Below are positions 26,071-36,500 of a stretch of 57,354 nucleotides of DNA, piece after piece. The position numbers and the translations under genes are program-made. The notes under the pieces are model-generated. The model did no database searches, had not been told where the DNA came from, and worked only from the letters and a program-made list of their open reading frames with translations. The DNA is taken from NCBI GenBank assembly GCA_036741395.1, contig DAINSI010000003.1:4711-62064 (forward strand). Direction: 5' to 3'. The DNA comes from Candidatus Dormiibacterota bacterium. Lineage in GTDB: Bacteria > Chloroflexota > Dormibacteria > DASZGP01. Position 1 is the first letter of the stretch. Every line of letters starts with the position of its first letter.

Positions 26071-27267
26071 ATGGAACAGGTCAAGTCATACGTCGATCTG
26101 ACCGGCCTGCGAGAGACCGTGTCGCACCTCGCCGCGATTCACCGGCCCTCCGCGTCGCTGGGTGAGCGCGAGGCCGCGGAGTGGATCGCCGCCCGGCTGC
26201 GCGATCTGGGTTGCACCGCCGAGGTCGAGAAGGAGATGGCCCACGGGGGGTACTGGTGGCCGGTCGGCCTCCTGAGCGCCGCCGGCGCCCTCGCGGGCAT
26301 CGGCTCGCTGCTGGGATCGCGTCGCTTCGGGTTCTTGATCGGCGCCCTCGCGGCGCTGGGGATCGCCGACGACATCGACTCCGGCCCGCAGGTCCTGCGC
26401 CACGCCGCGCTGCCCTACCGACCCACCTGGAACGTCCTCGCGGAGAGCGGCGACACGACCGGCGACCGCACCCTGGTGATCCTCGCCCACCATGACGCCG
26501 CTCACTCGGGGCTGGTCTTCCACCCCGGACCGGCCGCCGCCCTGCACGCCCGCTTCCCAGAGTACGTCGAGGGCGCCAAGGAGGGAATTCCCTTCTGGTT
26601 CCCGGTCTTCGGCGGCCCCCTGCTGGTGGCCCTGGGTTCCCTGCTGCACCTCAAGTTCCTGGTGCGCACCGGGACCTTCCTGGCCATCGGCAGCACCGCC
26701 GCAATGATCGACATCGGGCTTCGCGAGGTGGTCCCGGGAGGGAACGACAACCTCTCTGCGGTCGCCGTCCAGCTGGAGGTGGCGCGGGCGCTGCGGGACC
26801 GGCCGGTCAAGGGCCTGCGCGTCCTGCTGGTCTCGGCAGGGTCGGAGGAGTCACTGCAGGAGGGCATCCTGGCGTTCTCCCGCCGCCACTTCCGTGAGCT
26901 TCCGAAAGACCGAACCTGGTTCCTCAACCTGGACACCGTGGGCTCGCCCATCCTCTACCTCGTCGAGGGCGAGGGGGTGCTGAAGATGCGCCGCTACGAC
27001 CACGACTTCAAGGAGCTGGTGGCCGCGGCGGCGGTCGACGCCGGCGTGACCATGAAGCGCGGCGTGCGCGCCCGCGCCAGCACCGACACGGTGGTCCCGG
27101 TCAAGGCCGGGTATCCCTCCGCGCTGCTGGTCTCGCTGACGAAATCGAAGGCCCTGGCCAACTACCACTGGCCCACCGACACCGCGGCCAACGTCGACTA
27201 CGAGACCGTTGCGGACGCCGCCCGGGTGACCGAGGCGGTGGTCCGCAGGCTGGCCACCCAGGGCTAG
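26071..27267 (+). CDS. M28 family metallopeptidase with membrane segments
   Basis: AHHD, GNDNLSA, GSEE, NLDTVG, YHWPTD. Confidence 0.82.
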   Translation: MEQVKSYVDLTGLRETVSHLAAIHRPSASLGEREAAEWIAARLRDLGCTAEVEKEMAHGGYWWPVGLLSAAGALAGIGSLLGSRRFGFLIGALAALGIADDIDSGPQVLRHAALPYRPTWNVLAESGDTTGDRTLVILAHHDAAHSGLVFHPGPAAALHARFPEYVEGAKEGIPFWFPVFGGPLLVALGSLLHLKFLVRTGTFLAIGSTAAMIDIGLREVVPGGNDNLSAVAVQLEVARALRDRPVKGLRVLLVSAGSEESLQEGILAFSRRHFRELPKDRTWFLNLDTVGSPILYLVEGEGVLKMRRYDHDFKELVAAAAVDAGVTMKRGVRARASTDTVVPVKAGYPSALLVSLTKSKALANYHWPTDTAANVDYETVADAARVTEAVVRRLATQG

Positions 27268-27271
27268 CGGC

Positions 27272-28870
27272 CTACTGGGGGAAGCGCGCCCTCAGGACCT
27301 TCTTGTCGAACTTGCCCACGGTGGTGCGCGGAACCGCCTCGATGATCTCGACGCGGTCCGGCAGCTGCCACTTGGCGAAGCCCGACTTCTCGAGGTGATC
27401 GCGGACCTGGTCGAGGGTGATCTCGGTGCCGTTGCGGGGGACGACACAGGCCAGCGGCCGCTCCGACCACTTGTCGTCGGGGATCGAGATCACCGCCGCC
27501 TCGGCGACCTCGGGCATGGCCATGATGGCGCCCTCCATGTCGACCGAGGAGATCCACTCGCCGCCGGACTTGATCAGGTCCTTGGTGCGGTCGGAGATCA
27601 CGAAATAGCCGGTTGGTGAGCCCACCGCGACATCGCCGGTGCGGAACCAGCCGTCGTCGGTGAACTGCTCCCGGCCATCGCCGTTGAGGTAGCTGTCGAC
27701 CACCCAGGGGCCGCGCACCAGCAGGTTGCCCAGGCTCTCGCCGTCCCAGGGAACGTCCTTGCCCTCCTCGTCGCGCAGCGCCACCTCGACGCCGGTCAGC
27801 GGGATCCCGGCCTGGCAGCGCACCTGGCTGGTGAGCTGGTCGGCGGGCAGGTCGAGCATCGTGTGCTTGGGCCACGCCATGGTTGCCAGCGGGGAGGTCT
27901 CGGTCATCCCCCACGCCTGGATCAGGTTGACGCCCACCTCCAGCATCCCCTCGATCAGCGCGCGCGGGGGCTGCGAGCCGCCGCAGGCCACGTGGCGCAG
28001 CTTGGGCAGACGCTTGCCCGTCTTCTTCATCTCCTCGAGTACGCCGAGCCAGATCGTGGGCACCCCGCCGCTGACGGTCACACCCTCGGACTCCATCAGG
28101 TCGACCACGCTGGGTCCGTCCATCTGCGAGCCGGTGAAGACCAGCTTGGAGCCGCAGGCCACGCCGGCATGGGCCATGCCCCAGGCATTGGCGTGGAACA
28201 TGGGGACGATGGGGAGGATGCTGTCCTGGGGCCCGATGCCCAGCCCGGACATCGTCTGCACCCCCATCGAGTGCAGGAAGGTCGAGCGGTGGGTGTAAAC
28301 CGCGCCCTTGGGGCGGCCGGTGGTCCCGGAGGTGTAGCAGAGGCCGAAGGGGGTTTTCTCGGGGATGTCGACGGGGTCGTAGTGGTCGGGTTCGGCGCCG
28401 ATCAACTCCTCGTAGTCCAGGACATTGGGCAGCGACGTCTCACCGTGCTCGCCCATGACGACGATGTGCTTGATGCCTGAGAGGCCGTCGCCGATCTTCT
28501 CCAGGATCGGCAGCAGGTCCGCCTCCACAAAGATGGCGCGGTCCTTCGCGTGGCCGATGATGTACGTCAGGTCCTCGGTCGAGAGGCGCAGGTTGAGGGT
28601 GTGCAGGACGCGGCCGGTGCAGGGGATCGCAAAATACAGCTCGAGGTGGCGGTAGCCGTTCCAGGCCATCGTCGCCACGGCCTCGCCGCGGTCGATGCCG
28701 AGCCTGTCGAGGGCGTGCATCAGCTGCTGGGTACGCCGCGAATACTCGGCATAGGTGTAGCGGTGCTTCTTCCCCGGCGCCACCTGGGACACGATCTCGG
28801 TGTCCGCGTGGTGGCGGCCGGCATTGCCGAAAAGCAGCCAGGAATTGAGCTGGGTATCCATCATTGCCAT
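27272..28870 (-). CDS. Long/medium-chain fatty-acid--CoA ligase (AlkK/DmdB-like)
   Basis: YTSGTTGRPKG, HANAWG, QAWGMTE, DRTKDLIKSGGEWISS, GKFDK. Confidence 0.93.
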   Translation of the reverse strand: MAMMDTQLNSWLLFGNAGRHHADTEIVSQVAPGKKHRYTYAEYSRRTQQLMHALDRLGIDRGEAVATMAWNGYRHLELYFAIPCTGRVLHTLNLRLSTEDLTYIIGHAKDRAIFVEADLLPILEKIGDGLSGIKHIVVMGEHGETSLPNVLDYEELIGAEPDHYDPVDIPEKTPFGLCYTSGTTGRPKGAVYTHRSTFLHSMGVQTMSGLGIGPQDSILPIVPMFHANAWGMAHAGVACGSKLVFTGSQMDGPSVVDLMESEGVTVSGGVPTIWLGVLEEMKKTGKRLPKLRHVACGGSQPPRALIEGMLEVGVNLIQAWGMTETSPLATMAWPKHTMLDLPADQLTSQVRCQAGIPLTGVEVALRDEEGKDVPWDGESLGNLLVRGPWVVDSYLNGDGREQFTDDGWFRTGDVAVGSPTGYFVISDRTKDLIKSGGEWISSVDMEGAIMAMPEVAEAAVISIPDDKWSERPLACVVPRNGTEITLDQVRDHLEKSGFAKWQLPDRVEIIEAVPRTTVGKFDKKVLRARFPQ

Positions 28871-28974
28871 TGGTCACACACCCCGTTGACCCTGCGCGGC
28901 AGGGGTCGGCTTCGATCGGCCTCATTATCGCGCTGTCCACGCAACGTCTCGACGCGGGGCCGAGAATTGGCGCC

Positions 28975-30921
28975 GTGCCCGACCCCGCCGCCGCCATCTT
29001 CGAAGGCCTCAACCCCGAGCAGGCCGACGCCGTCGCGCGGGTCCGCGGCCCGGTTGTGATCCTGGCCGGGGCGGGCAGTGGCAAGACCACCACCGTCACT
29101 CGTCGCATCGCCAACCAGGTCCTCACCGGTACCTTCCGCCCCGCCGAGATCCTCGCCGTCACGTTCACCCAGCGGGCGGCGCGGGAGATGGGCGAGCGCC
29201 TTGACCGGTTGGGCGTCACCGGGGTGCGGGCGCGCACCTTTCACTCCGCCGCGCTGGCGCTGTTCCGCCAGTACCTCGGCGATGAGCGGGAGATCCTGCC
29301 CAGCAAGGCCCGGATCCTGGCGCCGCTGGCGTCGCGGCTACCGCCTCCCCACAAGTTCGTCCCCGTCAGCGACATCGCCGGCGAGATCGAGCGCGCCAAG
29401 AATCAACGGGTCACACCGGAGCGCTACATCGATACGTTGGGTGACCACCAGCCGGTGATCGCCCCCCACCTGATGGCCCGTGTCTACGCGGACTACGAGA
29501 AGCAGCGGCAGCGGATGGGGATGATCGACTTCGAGGACCTGCTGGCGGAGACCGCGAGGCTCTTCCGGGAGTCCCCCGATCAACTGGCGCGCTTCCAGGA
29601 ACGGGTGCGCGCCTTCACCGTCGATGAGTACCAGGACGTGAACCTCCTGCAGCAGGAGCTGCTCGACACCTGGCTGGGCGAGCGCGACGACGTCTGCGTG
29701 GTCGGCGACGACTACCAGTCGATCTACAGCTTCACCGGCGCGTCGCCGGGCTACCTGCTGGACTTCCACAAGCGCCACCGCGCAGTCGCCGTTGTGACGC
29801 TGGTGCGCAACTACCGGTCGTCCCCGCAGGTCATCGACCTCGCCAACCGCCTGACCCCCGACCTGGGCGGGACCGACAAGCAGCTGATCCCCACCCGCGA
29901 TGCCGGTCCGGCGGTGGTGATGCAGCGGCTGATGACCCCCGGCGGTGAGGTCGACTGGATCCTGCAGCAGGTGCGCCGCCTGGTCTCAGAGGGCGTGGCG
30001 GAGGAGGAGATCGCGGTCCTGTACCGCCTCAACGCGATGTCCGAGGAGCTGGAGGAGGAGCTCTCGGCCGGGCACATCCCCTACCAGGTCAAGGGCGGCG
30101 CCTTCCTCCGTCGCGCCGCGGCGAGGGACCTGCTGGCGCGGTTGCGCCGGCCTCGCAGTGATGAGGTGGCCGCGGCCGTGGAGGTGGCCGCGCGGGAGGT
30201 GGGCTGGAACCCCCGCGGCGCCGCCGGTGCGGACAGCGAGGAGGCCACCCGCCAGCAGGACCTGGCGCGTTTGGTCCGTCTGGCGCAGGACCACAGGGGG
30301 GACGGCGGCGTCCGCGAGTTCGTGGAGGACCTACAGCGCCGCTTCTCCGCTGACGACGCCGGGCACGGCGTGCAGCTGCTGACGTACCACCGGGCCAAGG
30401 GTCTCGAATTCGACGCCGTCTTCCTGCCGCGCCTGAACAGCGGCGAGATGCCCGATCGCCGGGCCAAGTCCCCGGAGGCGATCACCGAGGAGCGCAGGCT
30501 GTTCTACGTCGGCCTGACCCGGGCCCGCAGCCACCTCTTCCTGAGCTGGGCTCCCAAGAACTCGCGCGTGCGGCGGTCGATCTTCCTCGACGAGGTGGGC
30601 GCGGGCAGCGCTGCGGTCACCGGGACGCGAGCCGCCGCGGCGTTCGGCCGCCCCCCGGGCGGCAGCCTCTCCGCGGACGCGGCGGAGCTGGTCACGCAAC
30701 TGCGGGCCTGGAGGCTGGAGCGCTCGCGCTCGGACGTACTGCCCGCCTATGTGATCCTCCACGACTCCGCGCTGGAGGCCATCGCCCGCGCCATGCCCCA
30801 GAGCGAGGGTGACCTCCTCGACGTCCCGGGCGTCGGCCCGCGGAAATACGAGCGCTATGGCGCCGACATCCTGGCGATCGTGGCGTCGGCCGCCGCGTCG
30901 GGCGGGCGTTCCCGGCTCTAG
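28975..30921 (+). CDS. uvrD2: ATP-dependent DNA helicase, UvrD2-like with C-terminal HRDC domain
   Basis: AGAGSGKT, VDEYQD, VGDDYQSIY, RNYRS, HRAKGLEF, EERRLFYVGLTRA; HRDC (PAYVILHD...VPGVGPRKYERYG). GTG 28975 is the likely start. Confidence 0.88.
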   Translation: MPDPAAAIFEGLNPEQADAVARVRGPVVILAGAGSGKTTTVTRRIANQVLTGTFRPAEILAVTFTQRAAREMGERLDRLGVTGVRARTFHSAALALFRQYLGDEREILPSKARILAPLASRLPPPHKFVPVSDIAGEIERAKNQRVTPERYIDTLGDHQPVIAPHLMARVYADYEKQRQRMGMIDFEDLLAETARLFRESPDQLARFQERVRAFTVDEYQDVNLLQQELLDTWLGERDDVCVVGDDYQSIYSFTGASPGYLLDFHKRHRAVAVVTLVRNYRSSPQVIDLANRLTPDLGGTDKQLIPTRDAGPAVVMQRLMTPGGEVDWILQQVRRLVSEGVAEEEIAVLYRLNAMSEELEEELSAGHIPYQVKGGAFLRRAAARDLLARLRRPRSDEVAAAVEVAAREVGWNPRGAAGADSEEATRQQDLARLVRLAQDHRGDGGVREFVEDLQRRFSADDAGHGVQLLTYHRAKGLEFDAVFLPRLNSGEMPDRRAKSPEAITEERRLFYVGLTRARSHLFLSWAPKNSRVRRSIFLDEVGAGSAAVTGTRAAAAFGRPPGGSLSADAAELVTQLRAWRLERSRSDVLPAYVILHDSALEAIARAMPQSEGDLLDVPGVGPRKYERYGADILAIVASAAASGGRSRL

Positions 30922-31049
30922 GGCTCCCGCGACTTGCTGTTGGGCGGCGGAGGCGGGCTGAAGCGTTCCCGCGGCGTGTTGTCCTTGGCGATCACCGCTT
31001 TCTTGGTCTTCTTCTTCTTGGTCTCCTTGGGCCGGTCCTTGCTTCCCAT
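30918..31049 (-). CDS. Small Lys-rich basic protein (43 aa)
   Basis: MGSKDRPKETKKKKTKKAVIAKDNTPRERFSPPPPPNSKSREP; GGAGG RBS within the last codons of the upstream gene. Confidence 0.6.
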   Translation of the reverse strand: MGSKDRPKETKKKKTKKAVIAKDNTPRERFSPPPPPNSKSREP

Positions 31050-31054
31050 GGGCA

Positions 31055-33403
31055 TTACCTCCGCTTGCTGTCCAGACCCCGGGAGCATACGACGGCGATG
31101 AGCGTGGCGAGGGCAGCGACCCAGGTCCACGACCCCCGCACCCGCCCGGTGTTGGGGGTGCCGCCTCCCCCACCGGGGGTGGAGGCAGCGCAGACCCCGC
31201 TACCGACGGTTTGGATGCTCGTGCCTGCCGGCGCGGACACGGACTCTCGGCCCAGGTTGATGGCCAGCGCGTGGTCGGAGTTGACGTGCAGGGTCAGGGT
31301 GCAGTCGTCGCGCAGGCCCATCCTCGCCAGGTCGAGGCTCAGCGCCGAGTCGTTTGTGGTGTTGATGTTGGCCGCGTTGCTCACCCCCACCGCGGGCCCG
31401 AATGCCGGCACCGTTTGAAACAGCTCGCGCAGGGTCCGCGGCAGCATCGTCGGTCCGCCCTCGTCACCGATAACGTCGGTGTGGGCGGCCGACGTCGGGG
31501 TCAGGTTGGCGTGCGCCAGGCCCAGTGACTCGACCACGGTGTCGGCGCGCTTGGCGACATCGGCGGACCGCAGCCCCGATACCCAGTACGCGTGGTCGTA
31601 GACCAGCCCGATCGACGGCACATCGTCGCCGGGGAGCCGGGAATAGATCACCACGGCGGGGTTGGGATTGCGGCGGTGGGCGCCAAAAAAATCGAAGATC
31701 CGCGGCAGCGTGTCGTAGATCGATGAGTACTCGTGGATCTTGGCCTTGTAGTCGACCAGGGTGGCGTCGTAGCCATCCGCGCTGAGGTTGCCGTAGAGCT
31801 TCTTGGCCTGCGCGCCCCCCGTGTCGAGGTCCTCCTCGGCGGTCATCTCCAGCCAGCCCACGTTGCGCAGGTTCTGGTGCAGGTCGATGGAGTCGGTGCC
31901 CTCCGCCGGGGCCACCGCCGCGAAGAGGTCGGGGTTGTGGATGGCGACGTTGTTGCTGCCGTAGCCGCCCATCGAGTGACCCATCAGGTAGACCCGGTTG
32001 GGGTCGACGTCGTAGTGCTTCTCGACGTCGGCGATGACCTCCTTGACGTCGATGTCGCCGGGGCCCTTGTAGCTGTAATCACCGCGCCCCAGCGCGCTCG
32101 CCAGCAGGTACCCGTGCTGGTCGGCGGTGGTGACCAGCCCGATGGGGTTGTAGAAGGGCTCATCGGGCAGGCCCGTGAACCCGTGCAGGTAGACGATCAG
32201 CGGCATCGGCGCGGAGCGCGCCGCGTAGGCCGCGGAAACGTGCATGTAGTACGGCTGAAGCCTGCCGGTGTAGTGGTAGGTGACGTCGAAGTCGGCCAGC
32301 GGCGCCAGGCCCAGGGGTGTGGGTGGCGCGCTTGGTGGCGCGAAGGGCACCAGCCCGGCGCTGCGGTCGATGCCGTCAGCAGCGCCGATGGCGCTGGTGA
32401 AGAAGCGCGACAGGTCGCCGGTGCGCAGCGGGGCGGCCTGGGTCGCGCGCGCCAGCAGCACCGTGGGGTCGACCTGCTGGCTGTCGGTGCTGACGTCGCC
32501 CGCCCGCAGATCGTCGGCCTGCTTCAGCTCGTCGAAGGTCCAGGTGGTGTCGCGGCTGAAAAGCAGGTCCCAGACGTTGGCGCCGGGTGCCAGGGGGGCA
32601 CCGCTTCCTGGTTGGCTGGCGCTCGCATTCCCGGCCGGCACGGCCCAGTACTGGCCCGGCGTGGCCGGGTCGTCGAGGCCGCTGCCCCCGGTCAGCGACC
32701 AGCGTCCGGCGGGCAGGCGGGCAAGCGGGATGCGCGCCTCTAAGGCATGCTCGGCGAGGAGGAACCGGGACGCCCCTCCCGCCGCCTGCAGGGACTGCGA
32801 GCCTGTGCCGGAATCCAGCTGCGCCCCCGTCCCCCAGATGGTCAGGGCGGTCGTCCACGGGCTGCTGATTCCTGCATTGCGCGGCCACGCGCGCGCCGCG
32901 CCCGGCGCCGACGCGGGGGCGAAGGCCAGGGTCGCGACCTGGGCGTCCGACCGTGGCAACGAGGTGAAGCGCATCCGCACAAAGAGGTCGCTGCCCTCGG
33001 TCGCCAGGCGCACCTCGGCGAGGTCGCCGGTGAAGTCGGGCCATCGGGTTTTGTCGGTGGGGAGCTGGTAGTCGCCATTGTGGGTTGATCGGTGGGCGCC
33101 GAAGAAGTCGTAGGTGAGCGCGTTGTAGAGGTCGTTCGGCGGCGAGTAGGTCGGAGCCGACTCGCCAAAGGCGGCGTAGTAATCGCGGCGGTGGAGGCTG
33201 TCGGCATTGGCGCCCAGTGACTGGAAGATCCCGTTGCTGTAGATGAACTCGCCGCGTTCGTAGGTGGCGTCGCGGTACACTCCGGTGGCGGTCCCCGTCC
33301 ACTGGTGCCAGCCTGGAGCCGCGGCCAGGGTCACCGCTGTCCCCAGCGGCCCCAGCGCCAGGCCCATCACCGCCGGCAGCAATATTCGGCGGGCACCCAG
33401 CAC
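31055..33403 (-). CDS. Secreted alpha/beta hydrolase (esterase/depolymerase-like) with N-terminal DOMON-like region and sorting signal
   Basis: Signal peptide, VYLHG, RVYLMGHSMGGYG, D...HEY; GTPNTG-TM-KRR; leaderless TAGGCT-6nt-GTG. Confidence 0.82.
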   Translation of the reverse strand: MLGARRILLPAVMGLALGPLGTAVTLAAAPGWHQWTGTATGVYRDATYERGEFIYSNGIFQSLGANADSLHRRDYYAAFGESAPTYSPPNDLYNALTYDFFGAHRSTHNGDYQLPTDKTRWPDFTGDLAEVRLATEGSDLFVRMRFTSLPRSDAQVATLAFAPASAPGAARAWPRNAGISSPWTTALTIWGTGAQLDSGTGSQSLQAAGGASRFLLAEHALEARIPLARLPAGRWSLTGGSGLDDPATPGQYWAVPAGNASASQPGSGAPLAPGANVWDLLFSRDTTWTFDELKQADDLRAGDVSTDSQQVDPTVLLARATQAAPLRTGDLSRFFTSAIGAADGIDRSAGLVPFAPPSAPPTPLGLAPLADFDVTYHYTGRLQPYYMHVSAAYAARSAPMPLIVYLHGFTGLPDEPFYNPIGLVTTADQHGYLLASALGRGDYSYKGPGDIDVKEVIADVEKHYDVDPNRVYLMGHSMGGYGSNNVAIHNPDLFAAVAPAEGTDSIDLHQNLRNVGWLEMTAEEDLDTGGAQAKKLYGNLSADGYDATLVDYKAKIHEYSSIYDTLPRIFDFFGAHRRNPNPAVVIYSRLPGDDVPSIGLVYDHAYWVSGLRSADVAKRADTVVESLGLAHANLTPTSAAHTDVIGDEGGPTMLPRTLRELFQTVPAFGPAVGVSNAANINTTNDSALSLDLARMGLRDDCTLTLHVNSDHALAINLGRESVSAPAGTSIQTVGSGVCAASTPGGGGGTPNTGRVRGSWTWVAALATLIAVVCSRGLDSKRR

Positions 33404-33499
33404 GTCCAGAGCCTACCCGGGCTTGGTCCCGTCACGCCGGCGCTGTCATCCAGCCGCCCCTGGGTGGGGACCAGCGGATGCGGTGGCACGGCCTGGCTA

Positions 33500-33544
33500 A
33501 AGCAGGCCCGGTTGAAACAGGCCCGGTTGAAACAGGCCCGGTTT
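33500..33544 (+). repeat. 3 x 15-bp tandem repeat overlapping a sigma70-type -35 box
   Basis: AAGCAGGCCCGGTTG / AAACAGGCCCGGTTG / AAACAGGCCCGGTTT; TTGACG(33543)-17bp-TACTCT(33566). Confidence 0.85.
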
Positions 33545-33580
33545 GACGCCGGCCGGACCGCGAGTTACTCTCGGCGGACC

Positions 33581-36500
33581 TTGCATCGTACGCAGGAGGG
33601 GGCAGGGAGACGAGCCGTGGTGGCGGCGTTGCTTGGCTGTGCCGCCGCGCTGGTTTCCCCGCTGGCCACCCTGGCCGATGCGCCGTGGCCCTCGTCCTCC
33701 GGGCAGCCCGACAAATACGCATACCAGGACTACCTGCGCGCCACGCCACCCATCGACTGCAGCGCCGCCATCACCCACGCGCCCAACGACTTCGACTGCG
33801 ACGACTGGCACGTCAGCAGCAAGGTCGACCCCCAGGCGGGCCTACCGCCAATGTCCGCCCAGGAGCTGGGCGGCGTGATGGGCGGCAGCGTCGACAAGTC
33901 CTTCAACGTCAGCACCGGCCGGCCCGACATCCACATCGCGGTCCTGGACTCCGGGATCATCTGGAACGACCAGGGCAAGATGAACGACCTGCGCAACAAG
34001 GTGTGGCTGAACTGGGCCGAGCTGCCGCCGCCGGAGCGTGCCGATCGCAGCCTCTTCCCCGGCTGCGACCCGGCCCTGCTGCCGCCCCGCAACCAGAAGC
34101 TGGCGTCACCGGGATTCCCCACCGCCGCGCGGGGCTTCACCGACTGCTACGACGTCGACCACAGCGGGATGTTCAACGTCAGCGACTACTCGCAGGACCC
34201 GCGGGTCAACCTGCCCGCCCACGGCCACTTCTGCTGCGGCAGCACCACCCCCGCCAACAACCTGCTCACCCCTGAGGACCTGATCGAGGTCTTCTCCTGC
34301 TACGACGCGACGCTGCCCGCCGGCCAGCAGGTGGGGCGCTTCACCGGCGTCGACAGCCAGGGCCGGCGGGTGTGCAGCAACAGCACCGACAACGTCGACA
34401 ACGACGGCAACGGGTTCCCTCACGACATCGCCGGTTGGAACTTCATGGAGCGCACCAACGACCCCTATGACGAGCCCCACTACGGCCACGGCAGCGGCGA
34501 GGCGCGCGACTCCAACGCCGAGGCCAACAACGGGGGCGACATCGGCACCTGTCCCAGCTGCATGGTCCTGCCGCTGAAGGTCGGTGACTCCTTCATCGCC
34601 GACGTCAACGAGTTCAACCAGGCCGTGATGTACGGCGTCGACAACCAGGTCAACATCATCCAGTCGGCGCTGGGCACGCTGAACAGCGCCGATCTCACGC
34701 AGGCGTCGATCGACTACGCGTACCGCAACGGCGTCACGTTTGTCGCCAGCGCGGCCGACGAGGCGGCCGGTCACCACAACCAGCCAGGCGCCACCGAGAA
34801 CCACGCAATCGTCGTCAACTCGGTGCGCAAGAACGAGGTCGACAGCTCCCAGGTGCCCCTGAACAACAGCTTCCCGGGTCCCAACAACGTGGGCCGCACC
34901 TATCTGCTGCTCAACGGCTGCACCAACTACGGCGCGCACATCATCGCCGCGGTGGAGAGCTCGTCATGCAGCTCGGAGGCGGTGGGCAAGGAGTCGGGGT
35001 CGGTCGGGCTGATCTACTCGGTCGCTCGCAACCTCGTCAAGAAGGGCCTGCTGCAGCAGTACGCGCCGCCCACAGCGCTGCACCCGGACGGCGTCGACAT
35101 CTCGCCGGAGGAGGTCAAGCAGGTGGTCCTGGCGTCCGCCGACAACATCGACTTCGAGGACCCCAGGCCGCCCGTGGGACGCGGTGACAGTCCTGCCGAC
35201 GCCACCTCGCCCTGCACTGAGGTCACCACGGACCCCGCCGGGCTCCCCAACAACTACGGCACCACCAACGCGGGCGAGCGATACCGCTCGATCGGCGGGT
35301 GGAGCCAGTACTTCGGTTACGGCCGCGCCAACGCCAACTGCCAGCTGCGTACCGTCCTCAGCGGGCGCATCCCACCCGAGGCGACGATCGAGACGCCGGC
35401 CTGGTTCGAGAACCTCGACACGACCGAGCCGAGCTTTAGCGTCACCGGCCGGGTGGCGGCGTCGCGGGTCCCCGGCGGGCGCTACCGGTACGCGGTCCAG
35501 GTGGCCTACGGCGTGCAGCCCCACGAGGCCGACTTCCACGCCATCGACATCCCCGCGACGCACCCCGGCGTCCAGACCGGGCCGATCAGCGGAACGCTGG
35601 CGACGCTGACCAGGGCCCAGCTCGACCAGGCCTTCGCGAACTACAACCCGGTGACCTACCCGCACCCACTGGCCAATCCCAACGGCGACCAGACCGACTG
35701 GTCCAACCCGGCGAGCCCCTACAGCGCCGCGCCGGGCAAGAACCAATGGGACCAGTACACCTTCACCCTGCGGCTGCAGGTGACCGCGGTGGATGCGCAG
35801 GGCAAGGCGATCCCGGGCCTGCACATCGGCGAGGACCGCAAGTCGTTGCAGCACCACCACGACGACAGCGTCGGCGCCAATGGCACCGCCGTCCCCGGCT
35901 TCCCCAAGAAGTACAACAGCGACGGTGGCAGCGAGCCGGTGCTGGCGGACCTCTTGGGTGACAACCAGAACGAGCTGATCTTCGGCAGCTCAACGGGCCT
36001 GATCCACGCGCTGCGGTCGGACGGCACCGAGCTGCCGGGCTGGCCGGTGCACACCACGCCCCTGTGCAGCAGCGCGCTTCCTGACAGCACCACCTGTCCG
36101 TCCCGAGAACGCGAGCCGGCGTTCAGGGACCCGATCCTGGGCCCGGTGGCGGCCAATAGCTACGCCGCCGTCCTGCGCACCGTGGCGGTCGGTGACCTCG
36201 ATCGCACCGGCCGGCTGCAGGTGGTCGCGTCGGACAACGCCGGCTACGTGTATGTCTACGAGGTGTCGGCGGCATACTGCGCCGGCATCGGCAAGACCGC
36301 CCCGTGCGTTCGGCCCAACTTCCCCGTGCACGTCGACTTCAGGTACTCGCGCCAGGGCGTCCCGGGGGCCTTCAACCGCGACGTGGACAACCGGGTCCAG
36401 TTCGGGTTCTTCGCGTCGCCCACCATCGCCGACCTGAACGGCGACGGCAAGCTGGAGATCGTTGTCGGGTCGCTGGACCGCCACGTCTACGTGTGGCGTC

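Noticed and set aside
33305-33580. N-terminal extension of the S8 ORF including LKQAR x3
   Set aside because: Overlaps the divergent gene start and lies upstream of a canonical promoter; the repeat is better read as regulatory DNA.
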